A stretch of DNA of 63,733 bases, filler included, from Octopus bimaculoides (Eukaryota): the NCBI RefSeq assembly GCF_001194135.2. It is 5 parts of 4 records of this genome, joined end to end, with 100 filler letters (N's around TTAATTAATTAA, not from the genome) between each part and the next. Parts side by side here need not be neighbours in the genome. Positions count along the whole stretch, not along the records: positions 25,821 to 45,867 come from NC_068988.1; 4 more parts are not named here. One strand, 5' to 3'. The notes below the pieces were generated by a model, which saw only the letters and a program-made list of their open reading frames with translations, had not been told where the DNA came from and searched no databases. Below are positions 29,422 to 42,544 of this stretch, piece by piece. Position numbers and translations under genes: made by a program. How positions within the stretch are numbered: the stretch's first letter is position 1; each line of letters opens with the position of its first letter.

Positions 29422-30281
29422 TCCAGTTCTTGTAGTTCTTTTCATTATTATAATTAAGCAATTAATTTCCCCAATAGCACAATCATTATGTTTAACTTCG
29501 ACTTATTTCACTCCATCGTTTTCTTCTTCTTCGTTTTCATCCTCTTCTCAGCTAATTTTCATGAGTTGTTTGCCAAATATTTTTAATAAATAAAGCGATC
29601 TGCCCTGGACCCTGCTGGGAAAAAGATTTTCCTCTCCTTTTCTTCCTCTCTCCTTCATTTTGTTTTTTTACTTCCTTCATCTCCCACCTCTCCCTCCTTT
29701 ATCTACTTCATCCTCACTCGTTACTCCTTCCTCCTCCTTGTCCTCTTCTACTGAAACCGTTTATCCCCTTTTCCCTCCTCTTCTCCTTACCGCACACATA
29801 CGCTCTCTCTCCGCTAACAATCACAGCCCCATCTTGTCACTTTCTATCCCGCTGGCACTGTTTGTCTTCAACGCTTTATTCCCCCCCCTCTCTCTCTCAC
29901 ATTCTCTAACACACACTCTCTCCCTACCTACCCTCTCTCCCTACCTACCCTCTCTCTTTCTTCCTTTTTCTCGAACAACAATAATACGCTTCACACACAC
30001 ACACACACTCACAGCACGTGACGGGTATTGCTGTGACAGGCCTGTCTCTTCTGTTATTGTATGTTGATGAAGAGGTTGATGGGCGTGGCATAATCGACAC
30101 CATTGACTCGATGCTAAGAGTCGCATCGAGTCGGATTTTATATTAATTTCGCATTGGGAGACCCCGTTGTCACATGCTAGGCCAGGTTGTTCTGCCGTGC
30201 ACGGCACAGCATGAGCAATTATGTGCGGCCAGTTATATTATTAAATAATATATGTAAGTGCGTGTGTGCGTGCGTGCGTTC

Positions 30282-30327
<46 letters not shown>

Positions 30328-30585
30328 CTTTGTTTTTATGTTTAGTTATAATAAAACCAATTTTACATTAATCTCAGTATTTACCCAATACCTTTGTAGA
30401 ATACAAATGTATTATCCATAAACAAGAATATAGTTGAATAGTGACTTCGAAGTTTCGGGCAGTTAAGCCCTCGTCGGGTGATAGTTTAATTGGCTATGTG
30501 GCTGTGTGGTAAGAAGATTGCTTCCCAACCACTTCGTTCCGTGTTCAGTTGCGCATGTGTCTTCTAAGGTAGAATAACTATACAT

Positions 30586-30617
<32 letters not shown>

Positions 30618-31694
30618 NNNNNNNNNNNNNNNNNNNNNNNNNNNNNNNNNNNNNNNNNNNNNNNNNNNNNNNNNNNNNNNNNNNNNNNNNNNNNNNNNNN
30701 NNNNNNNNNNNNNNNNNNNNNNNNNNNNNNNNNNNNNNNNNNNNNNNNNNNNNNNNNNNNNNNNNNNNNNNNNNNNNNNNNNNNNNNNNNNNNNNNNNNN
30801 NNNNNNNNNNNNNNNNNNNNNNNNNNNNNNNNNNNNNNNNNNNNNNNNNNNNNNNNNNNNNNNNNNNNNNNNNNNNNNNNNNNNNNNNNNNNNNNNNNNN
30901 NNNNNNNNNNNNNNNNNNNNNNNNNNNNNNNNNNNNNNNNNNNNNNNNNNNNNNNNNNNNNNNNNNNNNNNNNNNNNNNNNNNNNNNNNNNNNNNNNNNN
31001 NNNNNGCGAAAGCCAAGGAAGGAAAGGATTATTGACCGGAAGCATGTGACCATGCCGGTAGAGAGAGTGGTAGAGGGAGAAACAAAGGGAGGAAGTAGAA
31101 GAATAGGTGAGCAACAGGGGAAAAGAGAAAGAGAGGAAATACGAGGGGGAAAAAAGAGGTACGTAATAGTAACAGAGGAAGAACGAGAGAGGTAAAGCGA
31201 GATATGTAGTAGTAAAGAGGAAGAACGAGAGGGGGAACAAAGAAAGAGAAAGAGATAGAGTAGCGTCGGAGGATATGAGTTTACGAAAACTACTTACATT
31301 TGGAAGGCGCTGCGTTCAATCATGTAAAAACAAATATATATATTTATGTACATGTGTGTGTCTATGCATGTGTGCGCGCTTGCGTCTGTGTGAGTGCTCG
31401 TGCTAATGTATTTATTACTCACACATATACGCATATAAATATTTGCATATCTGAATGCATTAAAATGCTACGAAAACGTTTGATTCCTCGTGTGTTTGAG
31501 TACGTATCTGTATGTGTATGTGTGTGTATGTATGTACATATAAAAATCTGTACGGCGAAGTACGATTCTATTTTTATTGTTTTATCTATTTATTCATAAC
31601 TCGTCAGATAAATCATTATTCTCTATGGAATGGTTCTGTTATTTTACAAGTGTTTGTCCATTTTACTTGTCGGGATTTTTACAGAAATTCAATC

Positions 31695-31743
<49 letters not shown>

Positions 31744-32116
31744 ATGGATGGACAATATTCACATCGGCTGGTAGTAAGTTTGCTTTTTATTGCCTTCAAA
31801 AGTTGTGTATTTTATAATATTTTTATATAAAAGTTGTGCAACAACTAATACATTCGGTTGTGCAAATTGTTTTCACAGGAAACCTGCCCTGTGCGGCATG
31901 TTTCCTGATTTTGTGAATTTGTTTTCGGCTTTCCTAGCCATTTTAGTTTTGAGGATGGCGTCTTTAAGCCATGAAGACGGTTTTGTAACGAACGTCGGTC
32001 TCCTTGGCAACCCGTTTGACGTTGATTTCCCTACACTGCCTTCCCCACAGCTTCATGAAGGGGGGAAGGAGGAGAGGGTAGAAGTCTCGCACAAACAGGT
32101 GCAGGTGTACGCGTGA

Positions 32117-32800
32117 ATGGCCAGCACCGCTACCAACACCTGCAACAACAGCGATGTCGTCGCAAAGCCGTCGACCTTGAAGAATGGAACCACCAACACG
32201 ACCACTACAGCTTCACCGTCAACTGCTACAACGGACACCTCTGCCACCACCACCACCACCACCACCACCACCTCAAAAGACAAAACAAATTTCGCTGAGG
32301 CGATAAGACAAAAAAAGATTCTATCGTCCACTGCCCAACAAATAAAAGACCCCGAATCACTACTCCACAAAAAAGGCGAACCCTTACACTTAAACTACCC
32401 ACACAACATAGAAGAAACACAGAAAAAACAATCATATACACAATACTGAATACAAAAACAAAAAAAAATCCCCCAGAAAACGCAGCACAAGAAAATATTG
32501 AGAAGTGCCTTCGTCCTTTATAGCCACATAAGGATTACGTCAATTGGTGGCATAAATTTGTTCAAGTTCGCTTCCATATCGAAGAATTAGCGAAACAATT
32601 TTCGATACTCACTCTGCGCGCAGATCAATTAACAATGATACCCAGCTATCTTGATCAAAGAGTAACAAAAATAACAATAAAAAATGTGCCCCCAGAGGTA
32701 GAGACGCAGTGGCTGTTATCGGCCATCTGTTTTGAAATGGAGGAAGCCAATATTTTACAGATTGCTGTACTTGATCAGAAATATAGGATATATATATATA
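32117..32800 (+). mobile_element. Decayed non-LTR ORF1-like region
   Basis: Thr-rich N-terminus followed by NFAEAI and PSYLDQRVTKITIKNVPPEVETQWLLSAIC; resembles LINE ORF1 remnants; interrupted by stops and frameshifts. Confidence 0.5.
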
Positions 32801-32849
32801 TATATATATATATGGGATATAGAAATACCCATACAATTTAGGGCAACCC

Positions 32850-33150
32850 CCCAAAAAGAGGAAAACAAGAACAGGTCATAACATTTATAGTGACATACAA
32901 TCAGTGTTACCAAAATATCTTTAGCATTGATAAAGCAAACTTATCGATCATTGTTCAAAGTAATGAATTAAAGGATATAATCACAGATCGAACTATTATT
33001 CCAAGTAAAAGATAGCTGAAGAACTTGAAACAGTTATTAACAAAGGCAAGTGTGACCAAAGCAACAATGACGATTCATTCATTGCATCTAAATACAATGA
33101 TAATCGATGTGGTACATGTCAGCTCATACATACCGGTCAATATATGAAGA
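32850..33150 (+). mobile_element. Penelope-like element fragment (RT to GIY-YIG linker)
   Basis: ITFIVTYNQCYQNIF...IIPSKR*LKNLKQLLTKA...NDNRCGTCQLIHTG matches the PLE pattern TYNP..NIF...SKRQPKNLK.LLT.A...C...RC.TC. Confidence 0.75.
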
Positions 33151-33597
33151 GTAGCATTGGTCGATAACTGATGAAGAATTATGGACTTCCTGACTGTCTC
33201 CCGTTTGGTGCGAAACTGAAGAGTACCGTTGGTCCATAAGTGGTGCAGAATTATGGACTTTCTAACTGTCTCCCGTTTGTTTTTACATTCAGTATATATT
33301 GTCTTTTTATACATTTCTTTTTTCATTTATCAAGTAATGGAACGCAACACACCGAATTTGTATTAAGAAATAAGTTTATATATATATTTATATATATATG
33401 TCTGTGTGTGTGTGTGTCTGTGTGTGTGTCTGTGTGTGTATATGTGTGTGTATGCATATATGCATATATATATATGTATATATGTTTGTGTATGTATATA
33501 TACATATATACATATGTATGAATGTGTGTGTGTATATGTATACATATATATGTGCATATATGTATATGTATATATGTATGTATATATATAAAAGTAT

Positions 33598-33663
<66 letters not shown>

Positions 33664-33769
33664 CAGAACAGAAGTAAATAAAGACCGTTGTAATCATTAC
33701 AATTGATTTAATTCTGAAATTATGCATTTAAATTATTCATTAATTATTATGATGTGAATATCAAATATT

Positions 33770-33995
33770 CAGTAGAGATGCCTTTTGCAGTTTTCACTGC
33801 ACGGATCCTATAAGGCAGGTTACTCATCAGAGGACGAATATTAACTTGAAGAATCTCATGCCAATTTCCATGCAGTAGTCTCAAATGATCTGGCTTTGAG
33901 GCTGTTTTCTTCCTCTTTTGACGAAGAGAACTGTCCGTTATGCCCCAGAATGTTCGATAGGATTCATATCTGGTCACTGACTTCGACATGGAAGT
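33770..33995 (-). mobile_element. Tc1-family transposase C-terminal remnant
   Basis: PDMNPIEH...LMSNLPYRIRAVKTAKGISTEY, compared with the Tc1 consensus SPDLNPIEH...MP.R..AV..AKG..TKY. Confidence 0.82.
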
Positions 33996-34059
33996 TTCTT
34001 AATGCCACTATTTTCCAACCAGTCTTAGGTCTTTTTAGCCGTGTGACAAGGGGACGCAT

Positions 34060-34333
34060 CTCCCATAAATAGTCTTCTTTAAGCATTCAAACGCATGGCT
34101 GGGAAGTGCTGCCACACCCGCCGTACTCTCCTGATTTGGCACCAAAGGATTTCCACCTTTTCGATCTCTTTCACATGCTATGCGCGGTGTTTCGTTCAAT
34201 ACTGATGCAGAATTGAGAGCTTGGTTGGATCAATATTTCGAGTCGAAATCGGGTGATTTCTACCAACGAGGTATTGAAGATCTTGTTGAACGTTGGGAAG
34301 AAGTTGTAAACAACAAGGGTGAATACATAATTG
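34060..34333 (+). mobile_element. mariner (DD34D) transposase C-terminal fragment
   Basis: GWEVLPHPPYSPDLAPKDFHLFRSL...FYQRGIEDLVERWEEVVNNKGEYII. Confidence 0.92.
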
Positions 34334-34358
34334 NNNNNNNNNNATATACATACATACA

Positions 34359-34395
34359 TTAGGCTGGCAACTAAGTTCCCACCGTTTTATTAAAT
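34359..34395 (+). mobile_element. mariner-type TIR fragment
   Basis: TTAGGCTGGCAACTAAGTTCCC resembles mellifera-subfamily mariner TIRs (TTGGGTTGGCAACTAAG), from recall. Confidence 0.6.
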
Positions 34396-34516
34396 TTAAA
34401 TATATGTATATATATATATGTATATATATATATACATGAAGAGATGCTGTAAAACTATGCGCTTTATGGATGTGAAACCCTGGGTAGCCACATAAACCGG
34501 TCATAACATTTTTATC

Positions 34517-34556
<40 letters not shown>

Positions 34557-34713
34557 CACATACATACATGTTTATATGTATGCATGTATGTTTGTGTATG
34601 TATATATACGTATATATATGTCTGTATATAACTGTGTGTGTGAATATATGTGTAACATATGTGTGTGTATGTATATACATATATACATACATATATACAT
34701 ACATACATATATG

Positions 34714-34750
<37 letters not shown>

Positions 34751-35989
34751 CAATTTGTACATGCTTATGTATATACACATTCACAGAAAGTTTCAGAAGC
34801 CAAACGAAGAATGAAAGTTATGTATGGTAGAACGAAAAAAGAAAGAAAGAAAGAAAGACAGAAAGGAAGGAAGGAAGGAAGGAAGGAAGGAAGGAAGGAA
34901 GAGAAATGAACGAATGAATGAAGTAAAGGCAGAAAGAATTGGAATAAATGAAAGAAGTGAAATTTCATTATGTTTACTTCAGTAAATAATCACAATGCGC
35001 ATGTGTATTTCTATATCTCTATGTGACTTTGTCTTCCTGATAACACCACCTTCATCCATTTTGTCTTTTTTATTTTCTTGTTTTACGTATTCAACATGCA
35101 TCATATCTATACAAAATGGCCGTCCTTCTTACTTCGTCAAAAACCATTTATTTGTTTAATTTTCCCTTCCCCTATATTTCTGTCAATCCATTAACAATCC
35201 TAGCTTTTATTAATAGTAACCATTAATAGCCAATCATCACTTTCCAAACGATCCTTCCATTTGCCTGCTATTCACATCGTATCAGTTATTGTGAGGAATT
35301 AAAAGAACTTATAAATTATTCTTGTAGAAGCTATTCAATAAAGCTCATACGATATTCTTCAACACACTCTATAACTGATTCTTCTTCAACGAGATTTCCT
35401 CAGTTATGTTTAACAACAGAATTCTATGTATTTCTGTATGTTCAGCCATATTTAATATTACAACATTTCAATGTGTTTCCAAGATATTTCCCCCTCCCCG
35501 TTCATCTCTACTTTCCTTGTTTAAGAAGTTAGTCAAAAGACGAATAGTAAATGTCCATGTCTTTTATAAGCCCTTCTGCATTTATTAAATTGATGTGGTT
35601 TCTTTTAAATTTGAATATCTATAGATCGTGTCTTCAGAAAAAAACAAAAAAACGTCGACAGGAAGAGTAGTTCCAAAGATCTGCGGTTCTTGCAAAGAAT
35701 GTTTGAGTAAAGAATATAGTTTAGGATTGGCAGGCAGGAAGGGGTCAGATACAGTGGGGACAATGGAAGGGAAAGAAACAAATGTATTGGAAATTTCTGG
35801 ATGGAATCGAAACGCGACGGAGGTGGATGTGACAATGTTCGAAAAGTAGAAAGAGAAAGGCACAATCAGTGTTAGATTTCTTTCTTTCGTTTTCTTTTTA
35901 CTCGTTCCTCACAGCGAATAGAGGCCATACTGGGGCACCGCTTTGAAGTGTTATACACGAATAAATCGACACCATTACTTGTTTTTTCT

Positions 35990-36290
35990 AAGTCTGGTAC
36001 TTACTCTATCCGTCGTTTTTGCCGAACTGCTATGTTATGAAGGCATAAAAAAACCAGCACCGGTTGTCAAGCGACGAGTGGAGACAAGCACAAACATGAA
36101 TACACACTCACACACACACATACACATACAAACAAGCATCTCCATAGTTTCCATCGACAAAATTCACTCACAAGCCATTGGCTGGCCCAGAGCTATAGTA
36201 GATGACATCTACTGTGGTACGCAACGGAACTGAACCCAGAACCATGTGGTTGGGAAGAAACGTCTTATCCGTCAGCCGCACCAGCGCGAT
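35990..36290 (-). mobile_element. SINE family B (GCAGGCGTGGCTGTGTGGTAAGAAG head), decayed
   Basis: rc of ...CAGAGCTATAGTAGATGAC...ACTGAACCCAGAACCATGTGGTTGGGAAG; homologous to 57440-57670, 60785-61050, 61060-61205 and 63130-63275. Confidence 0.82.
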
Positions 36291-36527
36291 AGAATTTTAT
36301 TTCGTGTTTGACAATGTGAAATGATTTTGAGAGAAATTGGGGAGAAAGTTTGACTCTGGCACAACCTTGTCAAACTGTGTCCCGTTGATTCAATGTTAGA
36401 ATCTCGTCACGGCTATACTTATCTGCGGACCACACTGCTACACAATTCAATACAGTCAATACATTTCATCAACGTTATCAGGAAAAATACATGCACGCAT
36501 ATACACACACACATATATTATGTTAAT

Positions 36528-36571
<44 letters not shown>

Positions 36572-37399
36572 AGTGCATGTGTGTGCGCACGTGAGCATTT
36601 TTATATATGCTTCTTGTTTCATGTTTACGTTGATATCAAAATACTTATAAACATACATTTTCAAGCCTAAAAATAATTAGCGATTTCTAATTTTCGAAAG
36701 AGACCGTTAATTAATAAGAATTTTACAAGTCAGCACAATCTGCCTCCCCGCACCACACCCACCAAAGCAGTCTTTAATATGGCGGCTGTTATTCAGTATT
36801 TATATTCAATGCATTAATTTCATTTTGATATTGTCGGCAATTATTCTCTTCTAATTAGATTTGTTATTTAGGTTTTCGTTTTGTCTTTGTTTTTGTTGTT
36901 ATTGTTTCTTATTGTTGCTTTCCTTATTTTCTTCAAAATTTGTGAACAAGTGTTTTTGTATATTTTTATATGTTTTTCTTTTGTATATTTGCTGTCCCAG
37001 TTCCTTTTAATGCTATCGTTAAATTTGGGGACAAAATCGTTTGCCCAGAGAGACTGCCTTCTGATATTTCGTTACAATAAGACTTATTTTGTTATTATTA
37101 TTATTTTAGTTATTGACGATTGTATCCTTTTTTAAAATTATTAATTGGTACCTTTGCACTTCTGTTCTGATAAAAGAGACTTATAATTAAAAACATTCCA
37201 AATGTCGCAATCCCTAGATATGTAGGATTATATAAAACTTGCTTCTCTTTAAGGCAGCGAGATGTGAATTGATGTCATTTCACTGCTATTTCTAGCATGC
37301 CTTATAACCTCATAGGGGCTCCACTCACACTTTCTCGTTCGAAGAAGCGTTTTTGTCATCGTCGTTGTTAACTTACAGTTCATCAATCCTGATAATTTA

Positions 37400-37540
37400 A
37401 ACACGTGATCAAAAGCCCTCCAGCAGTGACCAACACATTTTTCCTATACATAAAGAAGCCAGGAGAACATGATGTTACCTGTCCGTTCTTAAAACAATTT
37501 GGCATAGTTTGAGGGAGATTTCGTTTCTATTTCTAACTTG
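37400..37540 (-). mobile_element. SINE-like repeat family D fragment; related copies at about 43000-43130 and 49290-49440 on +
   Basis: rc GTTAGAAATAGAAACGAAATCTCCCTCAAA...GGTCACTGCTGGAGGGCTTTTGATCA resembles 49300 CCAGCCAAATCTCC...GGATGGTCTCGACTGGAACGCTTTTG. Confidence 0.55.
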
Positions 37541-37681
37541 TTTAAAGACTACGCAGGAACTCCATCGAAAAGACTTCGTTCGAAAGAAGACAGAAGTTTG
37601 AAGAGACGTTTGCAGGATTGTTTCATTATTGGCTTTAATTCGCCTCCAGTCTGTCTTCCCATTTGTTTCGAATTTTAAAAT

Positions 37682-37733
<52 letters not shown>

Positions 37734-38045
37734 NNNNNNNNNNNNNNNNNNNNNNNNNNNNNNNNNNNNNNNNNNNNNNNNNNNNNNNNNNNNNNNNNNN
37801 NNNNNNNNNNNNNNNNNNNNNNNNNNNNNNNNNNNNNNNNNNNNNNNNNNNNNNNNNNNNNNNNNNNNNNNNNNNNNNNNNNNNNNNNNNNNNNNNNNNN
37901 NNNNNNNNNNNNNNNNNNNNNNNNNNNNNNNNNNNNNNNNNNNNNNNNNNNNNNNNNNNNNNNNNNNNNNNNNNNNNNNNNNNNNNNNNNNNNNNNNNNN
38001 NNNNNNNNNNNNNNNNNNNNNNNNNNNNNNNNNNNNNNNNNNNNN

Positions 38046-38088
<43 letters not shown>

Positions 38089-38534
38089 AAGAAAGAGAGA
38101 GAGAAAGAAAGAAAGAAAGAAAGAAAGAAAAAAAGAAAGAAAGAAAGAGAGAAAGAGAGATGCTGAGTTGAGGTGTGAAGCGTGAATGTAACGGTGTTAA
38201 ATAACAATAAACAGAAGGAGGATGTGGAGAGGCAGGAGGAGTAAGAGAAGAAGGAGGAGGAGGAGAGTAACAACAGTAACGACAACAACAACGACAACAG
38301 TTGCATCATTGACCACAACCTTCTCGATGTCGATGACGACGGCGACAAAAACCAGAGCAGCGACGATGACGACGATTTTGCATAATCGCAACACACATAC
38401 ACATACACGCACATACACATTCATGCACACACACACACACACACACATACACACATACATTCACACACACATTCACACACACTCACACTCACACTCACAC
38501 TCACTCACGCACACATAGGCACATATATGCACGT

Positions 38535-38578
<44 letters not shown>

Positions 38579-38759
38579 ATGCACACGCATACATATAAAC
38601 ATATACTGTCCTTAGTCGAAAGACACCTGTTGTTATGTCCTGTTATTTGTATCTGTGTAACATTCTCCGTTTTATTCTGTCCTTGTTTTCGTATACATTC
38701 GCTGCTTTCTTCCAAGGAATCTAATGCTCTTAGCTTAACTTTTCCTTGGGGCCTCCAGG

Positions 38760-39245
38760 CACATCAAGCGCCTGGATGAGATAGTACTACCCTGGGTCAG
38801 GAGGGTGACTGCTGGAAGACCCTACGTCTAGCAACATGACTCTGTACCATGCCACACAAAGAGGAGAATAATTTCTGCGACCACATCACCCCCAAACATC
38901 TGGCTACCTAATTTCCCAGACTGCAACCTCCTTCATTATTATGTGTGGGGCGCAGTTGAGCGAGAGACCAACGAAACTCCTTGCAACACCAAAGATAAAC
39001 TGAAGGCAAGGATTATGGCAACATTCACCAATTTAAACAAGGAGACCGTCCAGAAGAGTTGCAGGAGATTCCGAAGTTGTCTTGAGGCTGTGGTTAGAGT
39101 CAATGGCGATTTTATTGAATAAATTTACTCTTTAGTATTTCAAGATATTTTTATGTAATTTTGGTAAATATATCTGTTAAAATGAGATGTCAGTGTTATT
39201 TCCATTTTTGCGTAATTTATACGACAGTATATTCACCGCACCCTG
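38760..39245 (+). mobile_element. maT/mori-type (DD37D) Tc1/mariner element, 3' part with right TIR
   Basis: LPWVRRVTAGRPYV*QHDSVPCH...NFCDHITPNIWLPNFPDCN...YYVWGAVERETN...RRFRSCLEAVVRVNGDFIE*. Terminus CACCGCACCCTG|TA (TIR begins CAGGGTG). The DD37D call rests on the family consensus because this copy has a small deletion. Confidence 0.82.
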
Positions 39246-41337
39246 TATGTATGTAACCCCATGTGTATCGTTGGCAATTTTTTTCTTCAGTCTTCCTTTT
39301 CTGTTTCTTGTTTCTGACGANNNNNNNNNNNNNNNNNNNNNNNNNNNNNNNNNNNNNNNNNNNNNNNNNNNNNNNNNNNNNNNNNNNNNNNNNNNNNNNN
39401 NNNNNNNNNNNNNNNNNNNNNNNNNNNNNNNNNNNNNNNNNNNNNNNNNNNNNNNNNNNNNNNNNNNNNNNNNNNNNNNNNNNNNNNNNNNNNNNNNNNN
39501 NNNNNNNNNNNNNNNNNNNNNNNNNNNNNNNNNNNNNNNNNNNNNNNNNNNNNNNNNNNNNNNNNNNNNNNNNNNNNNNNNNNNNNNNNNNNNNNNNNNN
39601 NNNNNNNNNNNNNNNNNNNNNNNNNNNNNNNNNNNNNNNNNNNNNNNNNNNNNNNNNNNNNNNNNNNNNNNNNNNNNNNNNNNNNNNNNNNNNNNNNNNN
39701 NNNNNNNNNNNNNNNNCACACACACACACACTAGACTTATGTACATCAAAACATATACATCAAAACTACATCCATATACTTACACTAACATGGAAAATAT
39801 CTTAATCATACACATTTATTACGAGTTATAGTTGAATGTTCGTGTGTGTGTGTGTCTGCGAGTGTATATATATGTGTGTGTGTGTAAACATAATAAATAT
39901 ATACGTATACAAATATATATGTATGCATGTATGTATATAATATATATATATATATAAATGAATATATATGTATATATGCACACACACATATATATATCCT
40001 TTCGTTTACACACACACACAGGTGCGCGCGGGTACACACACAGGAACACACACATGTATGTGTGTGGAGAGAGAGAGGGGGGAGAATGTGAGGGAGATAA
40101 ATAAACATTAAGGTATAACGCGCAAATGTATCTATATATATATATCTAAACGCACAGACACACCATATAACCACATATCCATTTATTCATATATTCATAT
40201 AGATACACGTTCATATCTACCATATACAGAAATGCATTCGTATGTGTCTTTGCATAAGGGAAAAAAGAAAGAAAAGACAGAGAGATATAGTAAGGAAACA
40301 AGTGGAATTAGCTTGAAAGAGGAGGAGGAGGAGGTGGAGGGGGAGGAGGAGGAGGAGAAGAAGAAGAAGAAGAAGAAGAAGAAGAAGAAGAAAAAGAAGA
40401 AGAAGAAGAAGAAGATGATGATGATGATGATGATGAGGATGATGATCATGATGAACAGTAACACCAACACCGCCAGCAACAGCAGTAAAAACAGTATAAT
40501 AATTAAACACACAGACATATATACGTATATGTACATACACACGCACACATATATGTATGTATTTATGTATGTGTGTCTGTCTGTCTGTATGTATGTACGA
40601 AGGTATGTATGTATGTGTGTGTATGTATGTCTGTCTGTATGTATGAATGTATGTATGTCTGTATGTATGTATGTATGTATGTATGTATGTATGTGTGTAT
40701 GTGTGTGTGTATGTATGGTAACGGACCTTTATTTATAAAGTGTCATTTATTACATTACTGATACGAAACAATGTTTGTATTCATAGAACTGAAATCAACT
40801 TAGAAAAACTTCGTTGCGGAATAATAATACTTGTATAGTAAATAAACGAACGATCATTTTGTTCAAACATTGTTATTTCCTCTTGCAATGGCGTTCTCTA
40901 TGTTTGGAGGTAAAATTAACTGAAATTGGATTTTCCTAGTGTTGAAACAGTTTCATTGATACATCGAATGTTTTATATTTTAATTCTATTTTGCTTTTAT
41001 ATATTTGTTTTATTTCAGTATTTGTATTTATTCTTGATTTTCTTCAGTTTGTGTGTTTGTATTTTTTCCATTTTGTACAATTTACGTTGGATTAGACACT
41101 TAACAATAGCATTGTTGGTAGATATTTTTCCTGATTATATACATATATCTATGTATATATATGTATATTAGTTGGTATATATGTGTATGTATGTTTGTAT
41201 GTGTGTGCATTCATGTTTGTATGCATACATACAGATATACCCATACACATACCTATATATATATATTTATGTATATATATATATATATATACGTACATGC
41301 ATACATAAATACTGCACATGCATCTCACTTTCTCTCT

Positions 41338-41379
<42 letters not shown>

Positions 41380-41805
41380 NNNNNNNNNNNNNNNNNNNNN
41401 NNNNNNNNNNNNNNNNNNNNNNNNNNNNNNNNNNNNNNNNNNNNNNNNNNNNNNNNNNNNNNNNNNNNNNNNNNNNNNNNNNNNNNNNNNNNNNNNNNNN
41501 NNNNNNNNNNNNNNNNNNNNNNNNNNNNNNNNNNNNNNNNNNNNNNNNNNNNNNNNNNNNNNNNNNNNNNNNNNNNNNNNNNNNNNNNNNNNNNNNNNNN
41601 NNNNNNNNNNNNNNNNNNNNNNNNNNNNNNNNNNNNNNNNNNNNNNNNNNNNNNNNNNNNNNNNNNNNNNNNNNNNNNNNNNNNNNNNNNNNNNNNNNNN
41701 NNNNNNNNNNNNNNNNNNNNNNNNNNNNNNNNNNNNNNNNNNNNNNNNNNNNNNNNNNNNNNNNNNNNNTGAGTTCATAATAGTAATAATAATAATGATA
41801 ATAAC

Positions 41806-41868
<63 letters not shown>

Positions 41869-41869
41869 T

Positions 41870-42298
41870 TCTATTCAAAAGGACAAGAAATTAGAAAATA
41901 ATAGACCAGACATAACGATTATAGATAAGGAAAAGCGAAGTTGCTTACTTATCAACCAATCATGCCCGTTTGATTCGAGGACCGTAAAAAAAGAGGAGGA
42001 AAAACAAAAAAATACAATCCCTTAAAATTTGAAATAGGAAGAATTTGGAGAATGCGAACAGTAAAGGTGGTGCCTATAATAATTGGTGCGTTGGGAACAG
42101 AAAACCAAGATGGAGACAAATGGCTGAAGGAGATTGGAAATAGAATGCTCTGCAGAGTTTGTACTGAAAGTTTGTCTCTTAAGGACAGCAAGGATTATCA
42201 GGAGGGTTCTCTGAAGACTTGTGGATACCTAAGGTTACAAGCAGTATTCCACTTTCCACATAGTTCCTACCAAGAATAAGACGGAACCTGAGCAAATC
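41870..42298 (+). mobile_element. 5'-truncated R4/Dong-clade LINE (RLE domain plus 3' UTR) flanked by (TAA)n on both sides
   Basis: NNRPDITIIDKEKRSCLL...CPFDSR...KKEEEK..KY.PLKFEIGRIWRMRTVKVVPIIIGALG...CLLRTARIIRRVL*, a PD-(D/E)xK-type restriction-like endonuclease. Confidence 0.93.
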
Positions 42299-42349
<51 letters not shown>

Positions 42350-42351
<2 letters not shown>

Positions 42352-42480
42352 CTTTTCTACTACAGGCACAAGGCCTGAAATTTGGTACTTAATTTATCGA
42401 CCTCGAAATGATGAAAGGTAAAGTCGACCTCGTTGGAATTTGAACTCAGAACGTAAGGACAGACGACATGACGTTAAGTA
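42350..42480 (-). mobile_element. SINE family A, internally deleted
   Basis: GGTACTTAATTTATCGACC...AAAGTCGACCTCGTTGGAATTTGAACTCAGAACG. Confidence 0.85.
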
Positions 42481-42544
42481 AAAAAAAAAGTTTTTAAAAT
42501 AAGCGCAATTATTACTGATACATATTTCTATGAACAATCTAAAT

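Noticed and set aside
30095-30145. Hairpin as a possible pre-miRNA
   Set aside because: The stem is only 10-12 bp, too short for a Drosha/Dicer precursor.
31880-32055. Minus-strand GEGSVGKST Walker A-like word
   Set aside because: Downstream residues do not follow any GTPase or ATPase pattern; no good donor; adjacent to a TE 5' region.
33165-33220. CTGATGA...CGAAAC as a second hammerhead
   Set aside because: No stem II closes between the two core strands, and no flanking stem I.
35200-35870. Overlapping 70-90 aa ORFs on both strands
   Set aside because: No recognisable motif or consistent splice structure; probably an unidentifiable TE relic.
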